DNA of 41,453 bases from Spirogloea muscicola (lineage: Eukaryota): assembly GCA_009602725.1 (NCBI GenBank), contig WELB01000027.1, positions 724,654-766,106 on the forward strand, written 5' to 3'. The notes beneath the pieces were generated by a model that was not told the DNA's origin, searched no databases, and saw only the letters and a program-made list of their open reading frames with translations. The translations under genes and the position numbers were made by a program. Below, in pieces: positions 1-11,989 of the stretch. Each line of letters opens with the position of its first letter. Positions within the stretch are counted from its first letter, which is position 1.

Positions 1-415
1 AGCCCAGCATCTCTGATCTGCGGCTGCTTAGCAGGGGTTACTGAGTGTCTCGTAGCAGCTTTGTTTCTGTTACTTAGCGCTTCCCCTGGCCCCCTTCTCG
101 TACTCTGTTCATTCTTTTTCGGGCTGGTTGTTCCAGCCCCTATTCTCAATGGGCGAGCACTTTCTTCTCAGGCTAATGCCTTGCGCCAGAAAGCTGGCCG
201 AGCTCTAGTTTGTGGCAGAAGGGCTTCGTATCTGACATCTAGCATTCAGGCATCGATTAGCGACCTTTATGTTTTGACCCGTGGTTATTGAGCGGGTCGA
301 TTTGCTGTAGAGTATGTAGGTCTTTAGATGTGCTTGCCTTTGTACTTGGCCTTTGGCCTTCGTTTGTTTCAAATACACGAAACTTCTTCTTCTCTATTGG
401 CGAGCACTTCTTCTT
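1..415 (+). mobile_element. Tandem 5'-truncated 3' ends of CRE-like non-LTR retrotransposons (two subfamilies)
   Basis: 1-160 has ORF end ISDLRLLSRGY* plus a 3'UTR ending GGCGAGCAC-TTTCTT. About 170-407 has ALRQKAGRALV...ISDLYVLTRGY* plus a different 3'UTR. Both UTR types recur elsewhere in the window (9573-9700, 10339-10466, 40393-40466; 38683-38920). Confidence 0.8.
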
Positions 416-543
416 TGGAAAGAAGTTCTTGGAAGCTATATGGCCAGCATAATTGCTATCAGACTTGACTCGAGTCCACCAAGGACTCCTGAGCAATGGG
501 GCTGGGAACAGTGGTGGCGGCGGCGGCGGCGGCGGCTGTGGCG

Positions 544-3500
544 ATGGCGGACGGCGACGTCGCCACGGCGCCCGGCGGCGGGGGCGATGCGGTGGTCGTC
601 AAGTCGGAGGAGGACCGGCGGCTGTACCGTGTCGTCGAGCTGCCCAACGGCCTGGCCGCCGTGCTGGTGCACGACCCCGAGGTCGGCGGCGGCAAGGCTG
701 CGGGCGCCGCCGGCGACGGCGACGACGGCGGCGGCGCAGAAGACGACGAGGAGGACGGCGATGAGGACGAGGACGAGGACGGCGAGCCGGCCGACGACGG
801 GAGCGGCTGGGAGACAGCCAGCGACGATCAGGCGAGACGCAGTCCCACGATCACAGCTGCTGGCCGTCACCGTTACAGCTCAGTGTGGAGTATCGGGAGA
901 ATCTTTGCTGAGACTCTTAATCTTTCAGTTATTGGATTGGGGCCTGGGGTTTTGGCAGCCCGAGCTTGCAGGCGCTGGCGCTATGGAAATGGATAATAGA
1001 TTGAATGGAAAATTGCTCAAATCTGTGATTATGAGTTTTCCCCCTGCTTTACTGTTACCACTAATGATAGTGAGAGCACCCACAATCTGCTTCTGCAAGC
1101 TTGTGAAGGTCATCTCTTCTCTCACGTGCAGCGCCGCTTGTGGCAATTCTGACGCGTAGACCACGCTCGTGCTCAGGCAGTGACGGCGGCTGCGGAGGCG
1201 CAGGGGAGGCCGCTGCGACGCCCAGCTCGCATCAACAGATCCAGCCGCCGCAAGGAGGAGGAGGAGGAGGACGACGACGACGGTGATGACAACGACGACG
1301 ACTTCAACGAGGACAGTGAAGACGACGACGACGGCGACGACGACGAGGACGAGGATGACGGGGATGAGCCCAGAAGTGGTGCGGCTCGCGTCAGCGGCGC
1401 GACTAAGAAGGTGGGTCCCAGGGCTGGCCAGCTGGCGAGCAAAGCGTTAGTGTAAGCGGAAGTGTAAGTGTAAGTGTCAGCGTAAGTGTGAGGACGGCCC
1501 TCGCTTAACTCCTGCCGACTGACAGCTGCAAATGCTGGTGGGCAAGACAGGCTGCGGCGGCCATGGCTGTCGGCGTCGGCAGCTTCTCCGACCCGCCCGT
1601 GGCTCAGGGCCTTGCGCACTTCCTTGGTATGTTTCTCATGTTTGACTCCACCACGAACACTATCAAGTGTAGCTGCTACCTTCCAGCAAGTCTAGTTAAG
1701 CAAACAAGAGATACTTGTAATAGAAGCTGCAGTGAGTTCATCTGCAGTCCATGAGAGGTGGCTTCAAAGCAGATATCAGCAGTGTTAATTCTCCCAGGGA
1801 TGCCTCACTACTTTGTAGCAATGCCATGTCGCCACGAGACTACCTGCTCACTTTTGTATAGTGAACATGCGGAGTCACTTGTAAACTTGCAGTTTTAACT
1901 TATGTTCTTGCAAGTATCAACAATCAATTGCAATCTGAGTCGACATGCTGGTGCTTACGTTGCTTCTGACATCTCCTTTGGTGCCATGTCCTTGTGGTTG
2001 TTCTATGTCACCAGAGCACATGCTGTTCATGGGGAGCGCCAAGTACCCGGACGAGAATGACGTGAGATCGCCTCCCTTGTACTATGTGCCAATGCCAGCT
2101 CGCAAATCTGTGCTTTGGCCTTGAGCGCTCACTTTGATAGGAGCCGTGATAATTGGGTTTGCCAAATAATGAACCTCATATCCTCTTGAGACAGCTCATT
2201 TCTAACAGTGTGAGTGTTAAGCCTTACAGAGTCCAAGAGTTACATGTGTGATCCTTGACAAGCTGAGTAATGACCTGCATCCCCCTCCCCTTGGCTCGGC
2301 AGTACGATGCATACCTTGCCGAGCACGGCGGCAGCTCAAACGCGTTCACAGACACGGAGGTCACGTGCTACCACTTTGACGTTAATCCCAAGTTCCTCCA
2401 GCCCGCTCTTGACAGGTGTGGCATTAAACTCATTCCATGATCAGAAGTCATTAAGCTTAGCCCCAGCCTGCATCCCTACATCTGCCAAGCAATCTCTCCT
2501 TCCCGCACTTGCAAGGCGCTGTTCATGTCTGGACCTGCCTGCTCCTTTCAAGCGCCGCACTGTCACGGATGCTGCCGGCGGTGTGCAGGTTTGCGCAATT
2601 CTTCATTGCGCCGCTGGCCAAGCCCGAGGCAATGGACCGCGAGGTACAGGCCGTTGATTCAGGTGTGCCATCCACCACCCACTTAAGCTTCAACTGCTCA
2701 ACTTTATCGAGACCACTTACGTTGATGGGCTGGGCAGCAGAGTGATTGACACGCTACAGCAACATGTAACAAGCCAAATCACTTAGCATATAAGGGACCT
2801 GATGTTTAGCCCTTAACATTGGACCTCGACTACTAACCTCAATGCTGAACCCCTAAGTGTCCTGATTGCCGGGACTGCAGAATTCAACCAGGTGCAGCAG
2901 AGCGACTCAGCGCGGCTGCTGCAGCTGCAGTGCCACACGGCGCACGCTGACCACCCATTCCATAAATTCTCTTGGGGTGCGGCACCTCCCTGCCTCCTGG
3001 GCCTCGCTGCCTCTTTCAGTGGCCCTCTTGCTCTTGCTCATTGAATTGCTTTGCTGTGCATGCCAGGTCAAGGCTTGGCGGACTCAGTAGTGCAGCGTAG
3101 TCACTCTGCCCAGGCCATGCTGCACTGGCTGCGGCGGCTTCACAAGAGCTTGGTAGGATGCTATGGTGCGCAGGTCTGATTTGAAGTTGTTGGGCTCCGA
3201 GTCAGGAAATCGGAAGAGTCTAGTGGACGATCCTGCGGCGGTTGGCGTGGACATGCGCGGCGAGCTCATGGGGCTGTACGGGCGACACTACAATGCCGGC
3301 AGCATGCGCTTGGCTGTCATTGGCGGCGGTAGAGGCTCTCTGGCATCCCTTTATATGCAAGCGTCAAGCCTCACACCTCAATGAACAACGCAAAGCACCG
3401 AATTATAGTTGAAATAAGCCCAGACTTTGCATTGCTCGTTAGACTTTTCCCTGCGGCCGTCTTCAGTGGTAACGAGGTGATTGCTGGTCAACCTCATGAG

Positions 3501-6500
3501 ACAGTGATGTCCTTAGCGCCTAATGTGTCTAATAAGTGAGGTCAATTATGACTTGCTTGCTGTAGCTTCTTGTCTTGAGTGGAAATAATATCATATTTGC
3601 CAAATTTTCATGCTATAATCCGCTCACCACCGCCCTCGTTCTTGCTTCACTCCTCTCTCTTTCCGCCTCCCTCGACTCTCGACAGAGCCATTGGATGTCC
3701 TTGAGGCATGGGTCCGGGGGCTGTTTGGCGACGTCAAGGGCCCCGGCGGGCCACGGCCGCTCCTGTCGCTGGGTGCCTGCCCGCCGCTTTGGGAGGCAGG
3801 GAAGCTCTATCGTATTGACTCCGTGAAGGACCAGCACTTGCTGGCACTAGCATGGCCGCTGCCGTGCCTCGACTGGGCGTACACGCGCAAGCCCGCGGAC
3901 TACATCTCCCACCTTGTCGGCCATGGTACTCTTCTTTGTAAACCGACATTATTGTCGTCTAAGTAATTTTGATAGTTTCTTTTAATTGCCATCAAATGAG
4001 TTGCTGACAGGTCAAGCTGTGGTGTGTTCCTTGTTGGCTTGGCGTGCGAACTGGGGCAGAGGGCGAGGGCAGCCTGCTAGCACTGCTCAAGCAGGAGCGC
4101 CTGGCAAGCAGCCTCAGCGCTGGTGTCGGGGAGGGCGGTTACGAGCGCAACTCGGGCCTCTATATCTTCTCTGTCCACATTGCTCTCACCGAACAGGGCC
4201 TCCAGAATGTGAGCTTTCTGGGCAGCTGCTTGGTCAGGTCATTGTGGTCATCTTGACAGCAATTGTTAACTGTTATGATTGTTTTTAATAGTTAGTAAAT
4301 TTAAGGGATGGTTGATGAAGACTGTAGCATCCCCGCTCTCTCTCAAGCTCGCTCCTCCATACCCTCTCTCCTCTCTCCGTCCTCTCTCCCTCCTCTTACT
4401 GTCGTACATTCCACTGATTATTCCATGGAGCTGCCACACGCTTACTTCACAGCCCCTGCCTTGGAACCCTCACCTTCACACATCTAGAGCCTCTCTTTGA
4501 GTTGGACTTCCTGAGCACTTTGCTACCCTGTGCAATATGCTGCGAAGTATGGAGGAGACGCCATGCTCTCTTCACTCCTTTGCCACCTAATCAGGAAACA
4601 GTTCACACCTTTTAGTATCCCCAAAGTCTCCACCGTGTATTGTAGTGGAACCTTGACTTCATGCTCTGATGCCTGTTGCAGGTAATGACTGTAGTGGGGC
4701 TGGTGCACCAGTACCTGGCGATGTTGCGGCAAGAGGGCCCGCAGGAGTGGGTGTTCCGCGAGCTCGGCGCCATGTCAGCTATGGAGTTCAGATACCACGA
4801 GGAGGAGGCGCCTGATGACTACACCGTGCGGCTTGCTAGTGAGCCTCTGCATTTAGTCACAGTGCCCATACACTCTGTATCCCGTGGCCATCATCTTCTT
4901 GATGATATACAACTCCTACAGATCCATATCAATCTCAAGACTGAAATTAATATCAGAATTCAGATATATGAGAGTTGTTGGATCTGCAAGCTCCTCATTG
5001 CCCTGCTGTGGCTGGGTTACAGCGAACATGTTTGTGTACCCTAAGGAGCATGTTGTGGCCGGCGACTACCTCTTCACCGACTGGGACTCTGCTCTGGTGT
5101 CTGACACGCTGGCGCGGCTCGTGCCGGACAACCTGCGCCTGGACCTTGTCACGCGGGGCGCTACCTCTGCTTCTGCCGCCACAGGTCAACACAGCCAGCC
5201 CAACTGCCATCTTCTGGCCGGCCCCTAATTTAACAACAAGATAGAATCCTTGACTAATTCATCATTTATGTCTAAGGACCTGGACAGATGTAGTATGTGT
5301 ACTCTGACCTTGATCAGCTGATTATGTTGGAGCTCCTCAAAAGAAGGACAAATTGACCATCGGCGGAAGGACCACCGATGGGTCAATGCTGTCATGCCCG
5401 GCAATAAATGTGTGACATTTTATTTTCGTAAATTCTCGTTAATTTTCGTGAGCAGGCCCTGTGCTGGTGGAGCCGTGGTTCCAGGTGTCGTATGCATTGG
5501 AAGCTGTGCAGCCAGAGGTGCTGCGTGACTGGGCAGAGCCGCCAAGCTTGCAGGCCGCCCTGCGCATGCCGCCATCCAACGAGTTCATCCCAAGCGATTT
5601 CAGCCTCCGCTGCACCGATACAAGCGTCACTGCCGCCCAGAAAGACTCGCCGCTGCCAGGCTATGCTGATGGCACCGGCCAACCTTCGGCCACTGCCGAC
5701 GAGGCGGCGGCAGACGAACCACCAGTTGTCATACTTGAGGACGGAGGTTGCCGGCTGTGGCACAAGCTCGACCGCGGCTTCCGGACGCCGCGCGCCAATG
5801 TCTTCTTCGCCATAACAAGCCCCGCTGCAGACACCAGCGCCTCGGCGGCCGTTGGCACCGAGCTCTTCGTCAGGCTCCTGGAGGACTCCCTGAGCAAGAC
5901 TATGTACCTGGTATGTTTCTAGTGCACCTGTTGTTGTTGTGATGCACAGATCATTGTGAATGACCTGTGGGAGGACAGTCACTAACAGATTCTTCCTCCA
6001 TCCACTTCAAAGACATTCATAAGCACAGGATGCATGCATGGGATACTTAGGCTATTAGTGCTTCATTGCACGAATACTTGATTTTTATATCGATATACTT
6101 AGGGAGGATCTACCAGGTCCTGTATCTTATACGTCAATACCTCTGCAGAGTAGCAATGCATGTGACCTGGATGCATTCTCCATGCTCCCTCCCTGCGCTT
6201 GCCTCCTCAGGCGAATGTCGCAAAGCTGGAGTCGTCACTGACGGTGGCGGGCCATCGCATCGAGGTGAAGCTCCATGGGTTTAGCCACAAGCTGCAGCAG
6301 CTCGCCGAGAGCATCTTCCGGTGCCTTGATGGCTTCCTAGTGGACCCCGAGCGCTTCGAGGTGGGAATGCAACCCAAGTAGGATCGCGTCGTATTATTAT
6401 GGAGCAGAATATGATCTCCCTCAGAGGGGATCTTGCACTGACTATTTGTCTCTGAGACCAAAGCTGAGCTCCCACCAGCTGAACAATAAGAGCTTAATGT

Positions 6501-8461
6501 CAGACAGTCGCTGTCTTGGACAATTGCTTAGTAATTAGCAGTAATGACCAAGGTCGCATGCCACGGGCGCAGGTGGTACGGGAGGAGCTGGCACGGGCGT
6601 ACCGCAACGCAAACATGAAACCGATGAAGCAGTCGGCGTACCTGCGCCTGGCTGTTCTCAGGCAGACGGCCTGGCTCATTGAGGACAAGCTTGCGGCGCT
6701 GCTAGCGCTCACGCCTGATGATCTTCAGGCCTTCTTGCCCCGCCTTTTCGAGCAGGTCTTGCTGGCCAGCCCCACTTTTCTTGCAGCGCTCGCGTGTGTG
6801 GTCAATCGGTCAGTGATTTTTGAAAAACGTCGGGGCTCCAAGCTGGTGATGACGATTTTCACTTGAGCTTGCGACCTTGTTGACGGCTTGTGGTGTCAGG
6901 TCCTTGGGATAGAGCTATGACCTTTGCAGGTCAAGAGGTTAAGCTGTATCACGGTCGTTTGTGTTCTCATGCCCATTCTCACTTTTGTCCAAGCGCTTTG
7001 GTGGGATGGCAGACCTTTGTGGAGGTGCTGGCCCATGGCAACCTGCTCGAGGATGAGGCACGAACGCTGTGCGCAGTCGCCAGGAAGCATCTGCCTCCCG
7101 GCAGTGGCCTGGAGCGTGCTGACGTGCCAGAGGATGCCATCTTGGAGCTGCCAGCGGGCCGCGGCATCATACTGAACGAGGCCGTGAAGAACAAGAGCGA
7201 GGACAACTCGGTTGTGGAGGTGCATTGTAACGCCTGATTAAGTGATTCCCATGGTAGCATTAGAGTTCAATTGTGATGGTAGGAGCTGTGAAAAGGGATG
7301 GGTCTAGGTCTGCCGGATTAGCTCGGTGAGCAGGCCAGCTGTGTGCGCCATGCTCCTGCCAGGTCTACTTCCAGGGCGTAGCAGACATGGGAGCCGGCAA
7401 TGTGCGCGACAAGTCTCTGCTGGACCTCATGGAGCAGGTGGCATACGAGCCGTGCTACGACCAGCTCAGGTGCGCTCCCACTGCCAGGTGTATGGCTGTC
7501 CTAGTCATAAGGATCTGCTGAAGTGACTTGTGGGCTCAAAGTAGTGGCGACTTGCTTGGATTCAGGACCAAGGAGCAGCTGGGTTACCGCGTCGACTGTG
7601 GTGTCCGGAACACGCACCGTATCTTCGGCTTCTGCTTCCGTATACAGTCAGCGGAGTACGATTGCGTACACCTCCACAGCCGCGTAGAGGCCTTCCTGGG
7701 CACTTTCCGCGAGACGCTGGTACGCTACAAAAGATTGACATGCACATCCTAATCCCTAAACCTTGAATTCAGTGATTGGAGGTTGCAAAGCCTAAAAGTG
7801 TAGCACAGTGCCTGTCCTCATAAGCCCCTTCAGAAGCCCGTTCTTTTTATGGCGCCTTACTCATCCGTACTCTCTAGGCTTCATTTTAATCGCACGTTCA
7901 CTCCCCCTGTCCAGTCACTTCGGCAAGTATTGTTGTCAAGGCCTGGAGCTAAGGAGCTTCAGGTGGTTGACCGCATGATGTGCAGGTGGGAATGAGTGCG
8001 GACACATTCGAGAGCCACCGAGAGGCACTAATTCAGCAGAAACTGCAGAAGGACCACAGCCTGCTCGACGAGAGCGACCGGCACTGGGACCAGATATGGG
8101 AGCATCGGTCCGTTACTTCCCTCTGCGCGATGGATGACATTAGACGAAGTGCCACTCCTTGTGCTCTGTGCTGGCTGGAGCTGGAGTCTCACTCATTTTT
8201 TTCTGTTTGGCCAGGTACTTCTTCAACTCCCGCAAGGTGGAGGCAGCCGCATTGGAGAACGTGACATTGGCGGACCTCGTGGAGTGGTATGACAAGTACT
8301 TAGCGGTCGGGTCGGCAACTCGTCGGAAGCTCACGGTGCATGTGTGGAGTCGCGGCAAGCCCATGCATGATGGACCTGGCACCGATGAGGTGGCGACGAC
8401 GCCAGCCGAGGCGAAGCAGTCTTTGCCTGTCTTGCCACGCCGGCCCATCTCCTTACCATGA
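544..8461 (+). CDS. NRDC: Nardilysin-like zinc metallopeptidase (M16A, insulinase family), 20 exons
   Basis: Hand-assembled exons: 544-831, 1177-1410, 1551-1626, 2015-2061, 2303-2415, 2589-2662, 2881-2976, 3206-3328, 3686-3925, 4060-4208, 4682-4838, 5023-5184, 5456-5910, 6211-6360, 6573-6755, 7013-7219, 7363-7469, 7566-7719, 7986-8107, 8215-8461. Motifs: KSEEDRRLYRVVELPNGL, an acidic insertion, VGVGSFSDP..QGLAHFLEHMLFMGSAKYPDEN (inverted zinc motif HxxEH), SNAFTD, REVQAVDSE, HLVGHEGEGSL, QLRTKEQLGY. An in-frame upstream ATG at 496 is an alternative start. Confidence 0.93.
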
Positions 8462-8779
8462 TTTTTCTTATCATCCCTTTTGCCACATGAAAGAAAAGCG
8501 TCACAGATATGAGAGCAGCACTGAGGAAGTTGACCAAGCTCGGCTGGTGCCCAAACTCTGGGCTCACAACCACATATAGGGCCTGGCCAATTTCCACAGC
8601 TGAGCAGACTGATCACCTCACAATCTTCGGTTGAGGACATTCTTTGCCTAAATTAAAGCGCCCCTGTGGTTTGTTTCTCGTGGAATTACCATTTAGTACA
8701 CATGTACACGTTCGGAGCTTTTGGGCTTCAGCTCTCCTGGGCGGATGCTGTAACAGCAGCTGGGCTACAGTTAGAGTCT

Positions 8780-10655
8780 GGCAACCTTCACCCGATGTGG
8801 TGTCGACGTGGTTGACCTTCAATCCACGGCTCTGAGCATCAAGGGCTGGGCATGCAGCAGCAGGTTGCTCGGGGCAAAGAGGCCAAGTACGCGGACCAAT
8901 CCAGAAGGAGACGACTTCGCTCCACTGGCCTTCGACGTTCGTTGGGGCTTTTGGGTCTCAGTGGCTTGACCCCTTGACCAGGCTTGCGCGCCATGCGGTG
9001 TCCCGCCAACAGCATGGCGAGCAGGCTATCTTCAACCTAGCTGGCTCGTTAACGCAGGTGTGTCATATGCACAATACTTCCCTCCAGCGGTCCTTAGCCC
9101 ACGCCTTGCATCTGTGAGCTGGCCGTGTCTAGCTGCGGCCTCTGGCTTTCATCAGGAACCACTTTCCGGCGGCTAGTTTCTGTGACTTGCGGCTGTAACT
9201 AGAGGTTACTAAGTGGCCATCCTTCGTGGTACTTCACTAGTTGTGTGGTTCTGCACCTTCTGGCCCCTCTGAACCTTGTCCAGTGTTGCTGGGCTGGCTT
9301 TTCACAGACCCCGCCCCCTTTGCCTGAACAATAAGTTGGCTTGACTCTGGCCACCCTTCCATTTCATGCACACCGCACGCCTTCCATCCTGCAGCTGGGT
9401 CGCTGGCGCAAGTGTATCGAATGCCCCTGGCCGTCTCGCTGCAGAGGTCTATGGCCCGGGCGTTGCACCTTCGTGCCGGCAGAGCCCTCGCTGCTGCCTC
9501 TGGCTCTGGCCAGGGGACCCACTTCCACGAGCCTGGCATCTCCAACCTGCGGCTGATTAGCAGAGGTTACTGAGTGATTCGTAGCTGCTTTGTTTCTCTG
9601 TGTGCTTATTTTTCTTAGCGCTTCCCCTGGCCCCCTTCTCGTACTCTGTTCATTCTTTTTTGGGCTGGCTTTTCCAGCCCCTATTCTCAATAGGCGAGCA
9701 CTTTCTTCCATCTCTCTGGCAGAGCCACTTTCTGAAAGCCATTGCCCTGCATTGGAAAGCGAATCAGCTCGTCCAACGGATGGCAATGGTTATGGGAGGC
9801 CAGCCCTGAGGCAGGGACACGGTCTGAAAGGGCCGGATGGATGGCGCACAAATCAGGACATTAGACTCCAAGACGTCAGCAAGTGGGCTCTCAATAACCT
9901 CTAGTCAGCAAGTGCAAGTCTGAACAAATAAAGAGCGGAAAAGTGTCGCCCTGACGGAACCTGGAGGCAGCAGCCAAGGCTCGGCCTGCTCGAAAGTGGA
10001 GGGAGATCGCAAAGGAGCACCAGAGCCAAGTTTCTCTGACCTGAGGCTGCTTAGCATGGAAGAACGTGTGTATGAAGAGATGGAGGGCCTGTGCGGCCAA
10101 GTACGAAGGCAAGCACATTGACAAATGTACATCGCCTGCTGCTAAGCTGACCCACTCAGTAACCACGAGGCAGCATGTATCCTCAATGCGCCTGGCCGTC
10201 TCGCTGCAGAGGTCTATGGCCCGCGTGCGCTGCACCTTCGTGCCAGCAGAGCCCTCGCTGCTGCCTGGCTCTGGCCAGGGGACCCACTTCCAGGAGCCTA
10301 GCATCTCTGATCTGCGGCTGCTTAGCAGGGGTTACTGAGTGATACGTAGCTGCTTAGTTTCTTTGTGTGCTTGTTTTCCTTAGCGCTTCCCCTGGCCCCC
10401 TTGTCGTACTCTGCTCATTCTTTTTTGGGCTGGCTTTTCCAGCCCCCATCCTCAATGGGCGAGCACGTTCATCTTCGAGTACTTGAGCTCTTTCAGAAGA
10501 GGAAGCGCGGCCAGATTGACTGGTGGCTGGGAAAGGCCAGCCCAAAGGAATGGACAAGGTCCGAGGGAAGCCTGAGTGCGATCGACTAGGACTAAGACAT
10601 CAGCCAGGGAACGCTCAGTAACCTCTAGTCAGGAGATGCAAGTCTGAGTAGCTAG
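8780..10655. mobile_element. Cluster of at least 6 truncated CRE-like (RLE) non-LTR fragments in mixed orientation
   Basis: ~8780-9325 (+) degenerate RLE (KEAKYAD..DFAPLAFD..LTRLARH..SLQRSLAHALHL..RGY*). ~9400-9705 (+) LAVSLQRSMARALHLRAGRALAAAS..ISNLRLISRGY*. ~9765-10020 (-) LHFRAGRALAAAS..SDLHLLTRGY*. ~10060-10175 (-) LPRGY* plus UTR. ~10175-10466 (+). ~10495-10655 (-) SDLHLLTRGY*. Confidence 0.8.
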
Positions 10656-10783
10656 CCGGAGGAAAGACGTCAGAAGGGGGCGGGGCGGGGGCTGTGGAAA
10701 GAGGAGCTGGTGCGATCGTCGCCGCCCCGGGCCGACTGCTCAAGTCCTTGCGCACTTGCCCCGGCACGAGGGGTGCTCGACGC

Positions 10784-11217
10784 GCCACGTGGCTCGTGGG
10801 CGGGGGGCCGCCCCATGGACGCCCTTCCAGAAGGCCCCCCCCCGGCCGCCGTCCGATGGAGGACAAGGTTCATCGGACGGTAGCCTGCAGAGGGGCCCCC
10901 GGCCACGTGGAGGTAAGCGGATCCGGGTGCGTCCGACGTGGCGGCGCATGTGGCGCGTGCTTGCCACGTTGCAAGGCACGCCGATTCAGAATCCTGTGCA
11001 CCAATCAGCGTCCAGATCCGGTGAAATATCCCGAGGCTGGCCCGACGTGGCGCCTCGGGATTCTCCGCGCGGGGGGCCCGCCCTCCCTCCCTTGGAAGGC
11101 TACCATCTCTCCCCAGAAACCAATCGTAGCTGTGACCATCAGCTTGCCTGAAAAGCACATTACCCTCGCCCAAGCCCGCCGGGGTGGCGGGGCCGCCGCC
11201 CGTGCGCGCCCACGTCG
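10784..11217 (+). promoter_or_regulatory. Cluster of G-box/ABRE-type ACGT elements plus a CCAAT box upstream of the ATG at 11325
   Basis: GCCACGTGGC 10784-10793, GCCACGTGG 10902-10910, GACGTGGC ~10935 and ~11044, GCCACGTT ~10963, CCACGTC ~11209, CCAATCAG 11001. Confidence 0.55.
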
Positions 11218-11324
11218 GAGGAGGGGGGGAGGAGGGAGGGAGGAGGGGGGGAAGTGGGCGTCCACAAGGCCAGGCCGCGGCTGTGGGCGCCCACCCAACG
11301 AAAGCCTGCGGCGCCTGGCCCGCC

Positions 11325-11379
11325 ATGGCCGCCGCCGCCTCGCCGCCGCCGCTGCCGCCGTGCGAGCTGTGCGCCGGCG
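11325..11379 (+). CDS. 5' end of a probable B-box zinc-finger (BBX/CONSTANS-like) gene; remainder lost in the assembly gap
   Basis: Strong Kozak context (ccgccATGG), translating MAAAASPPPLPPCELCAG into the gap. An N-terminal C-x-L-C is how plant B-box domains begin. Only 18 codons are visible. Confidence 0.4.
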
Positions 11380-11943
11380 NNNNNNNNNNNNNNNNNNNNN
11401 NNNNNNNNNNNNNNNNNNNNNNNNNNNNNNNNNNNNNNNNNNNNNNNNNNNNNNNNNNNNNNNNNNNNNNNNNNNNNNNNNNNNNNNNNNNNNNNNNNNN
11501 NNNNNNNNNNNNNNNNNNNNNNNNNNNNNNNNNNNNNNNNNNNNNNNNNNNNNNNNNNNNNNNNNNNNNNNNNNNNNNNNNNNNNNNNNNNNNNNNNNNN
11601 NNNNNNNNNNNNNNNNNNNNNNNNNNNNNNNNNNNNNNNNNNNNNNNNNNNNNNNNNNNNNNNNNNNNNNNNNNNNNNNNNNNNNNNNNNNNNNNNNNNN
11701 NNNNNNNNNNNNNNNNNNNNNNNNNNNNNNNNNNNNNNNNNNNNNNNNNNNNNNNNNNNNNNNNNNNNNNNNNNNNNNNNNNNNNNNNNNNNNNNNNNNN
11801 NNNNNNNNNNNNNNNNNNNNNNNNNNNNNNNNNNNNNNNNNNNNNNNNNNNNNNNNNNNNNNNNNNNNNNNNNNNNNNNNNNNNNNNNNNNNNNNNNNNN
11901 NNNNNNNNNNNNNNNNNNNNNNNNNNNNNNNNNNNNNNNNNNN

Positions 11944-11989
<46 letters not shown>

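Noticed and set aside
1449..1492. (GTAAGT)-like minisatellite
   Set aside because: Short intronic simple repeat with no evident function.
5352..5387. Small intronic hairpin attgaccatcgg..ccgatgggtcaat
   Set aside because: Single short imperfect inverted repeat with no second copy or TSD.
9545..10470. Recurrent repeats as a CRISPR array or LTR pair
   Set aside because: Repeats are long, irregularly spaced, in both orientations, and carry the C-terminal codons of an RLE ORF; they are non-LTR 3' ends.
11944..11987. Poly(A) run suggesting a retrocopy tail or poly-Lys tract
   Set aside because: It abuts a gap edge, so a sequencing or assembly artefact cannot be excluded; no TSD can be assessed.
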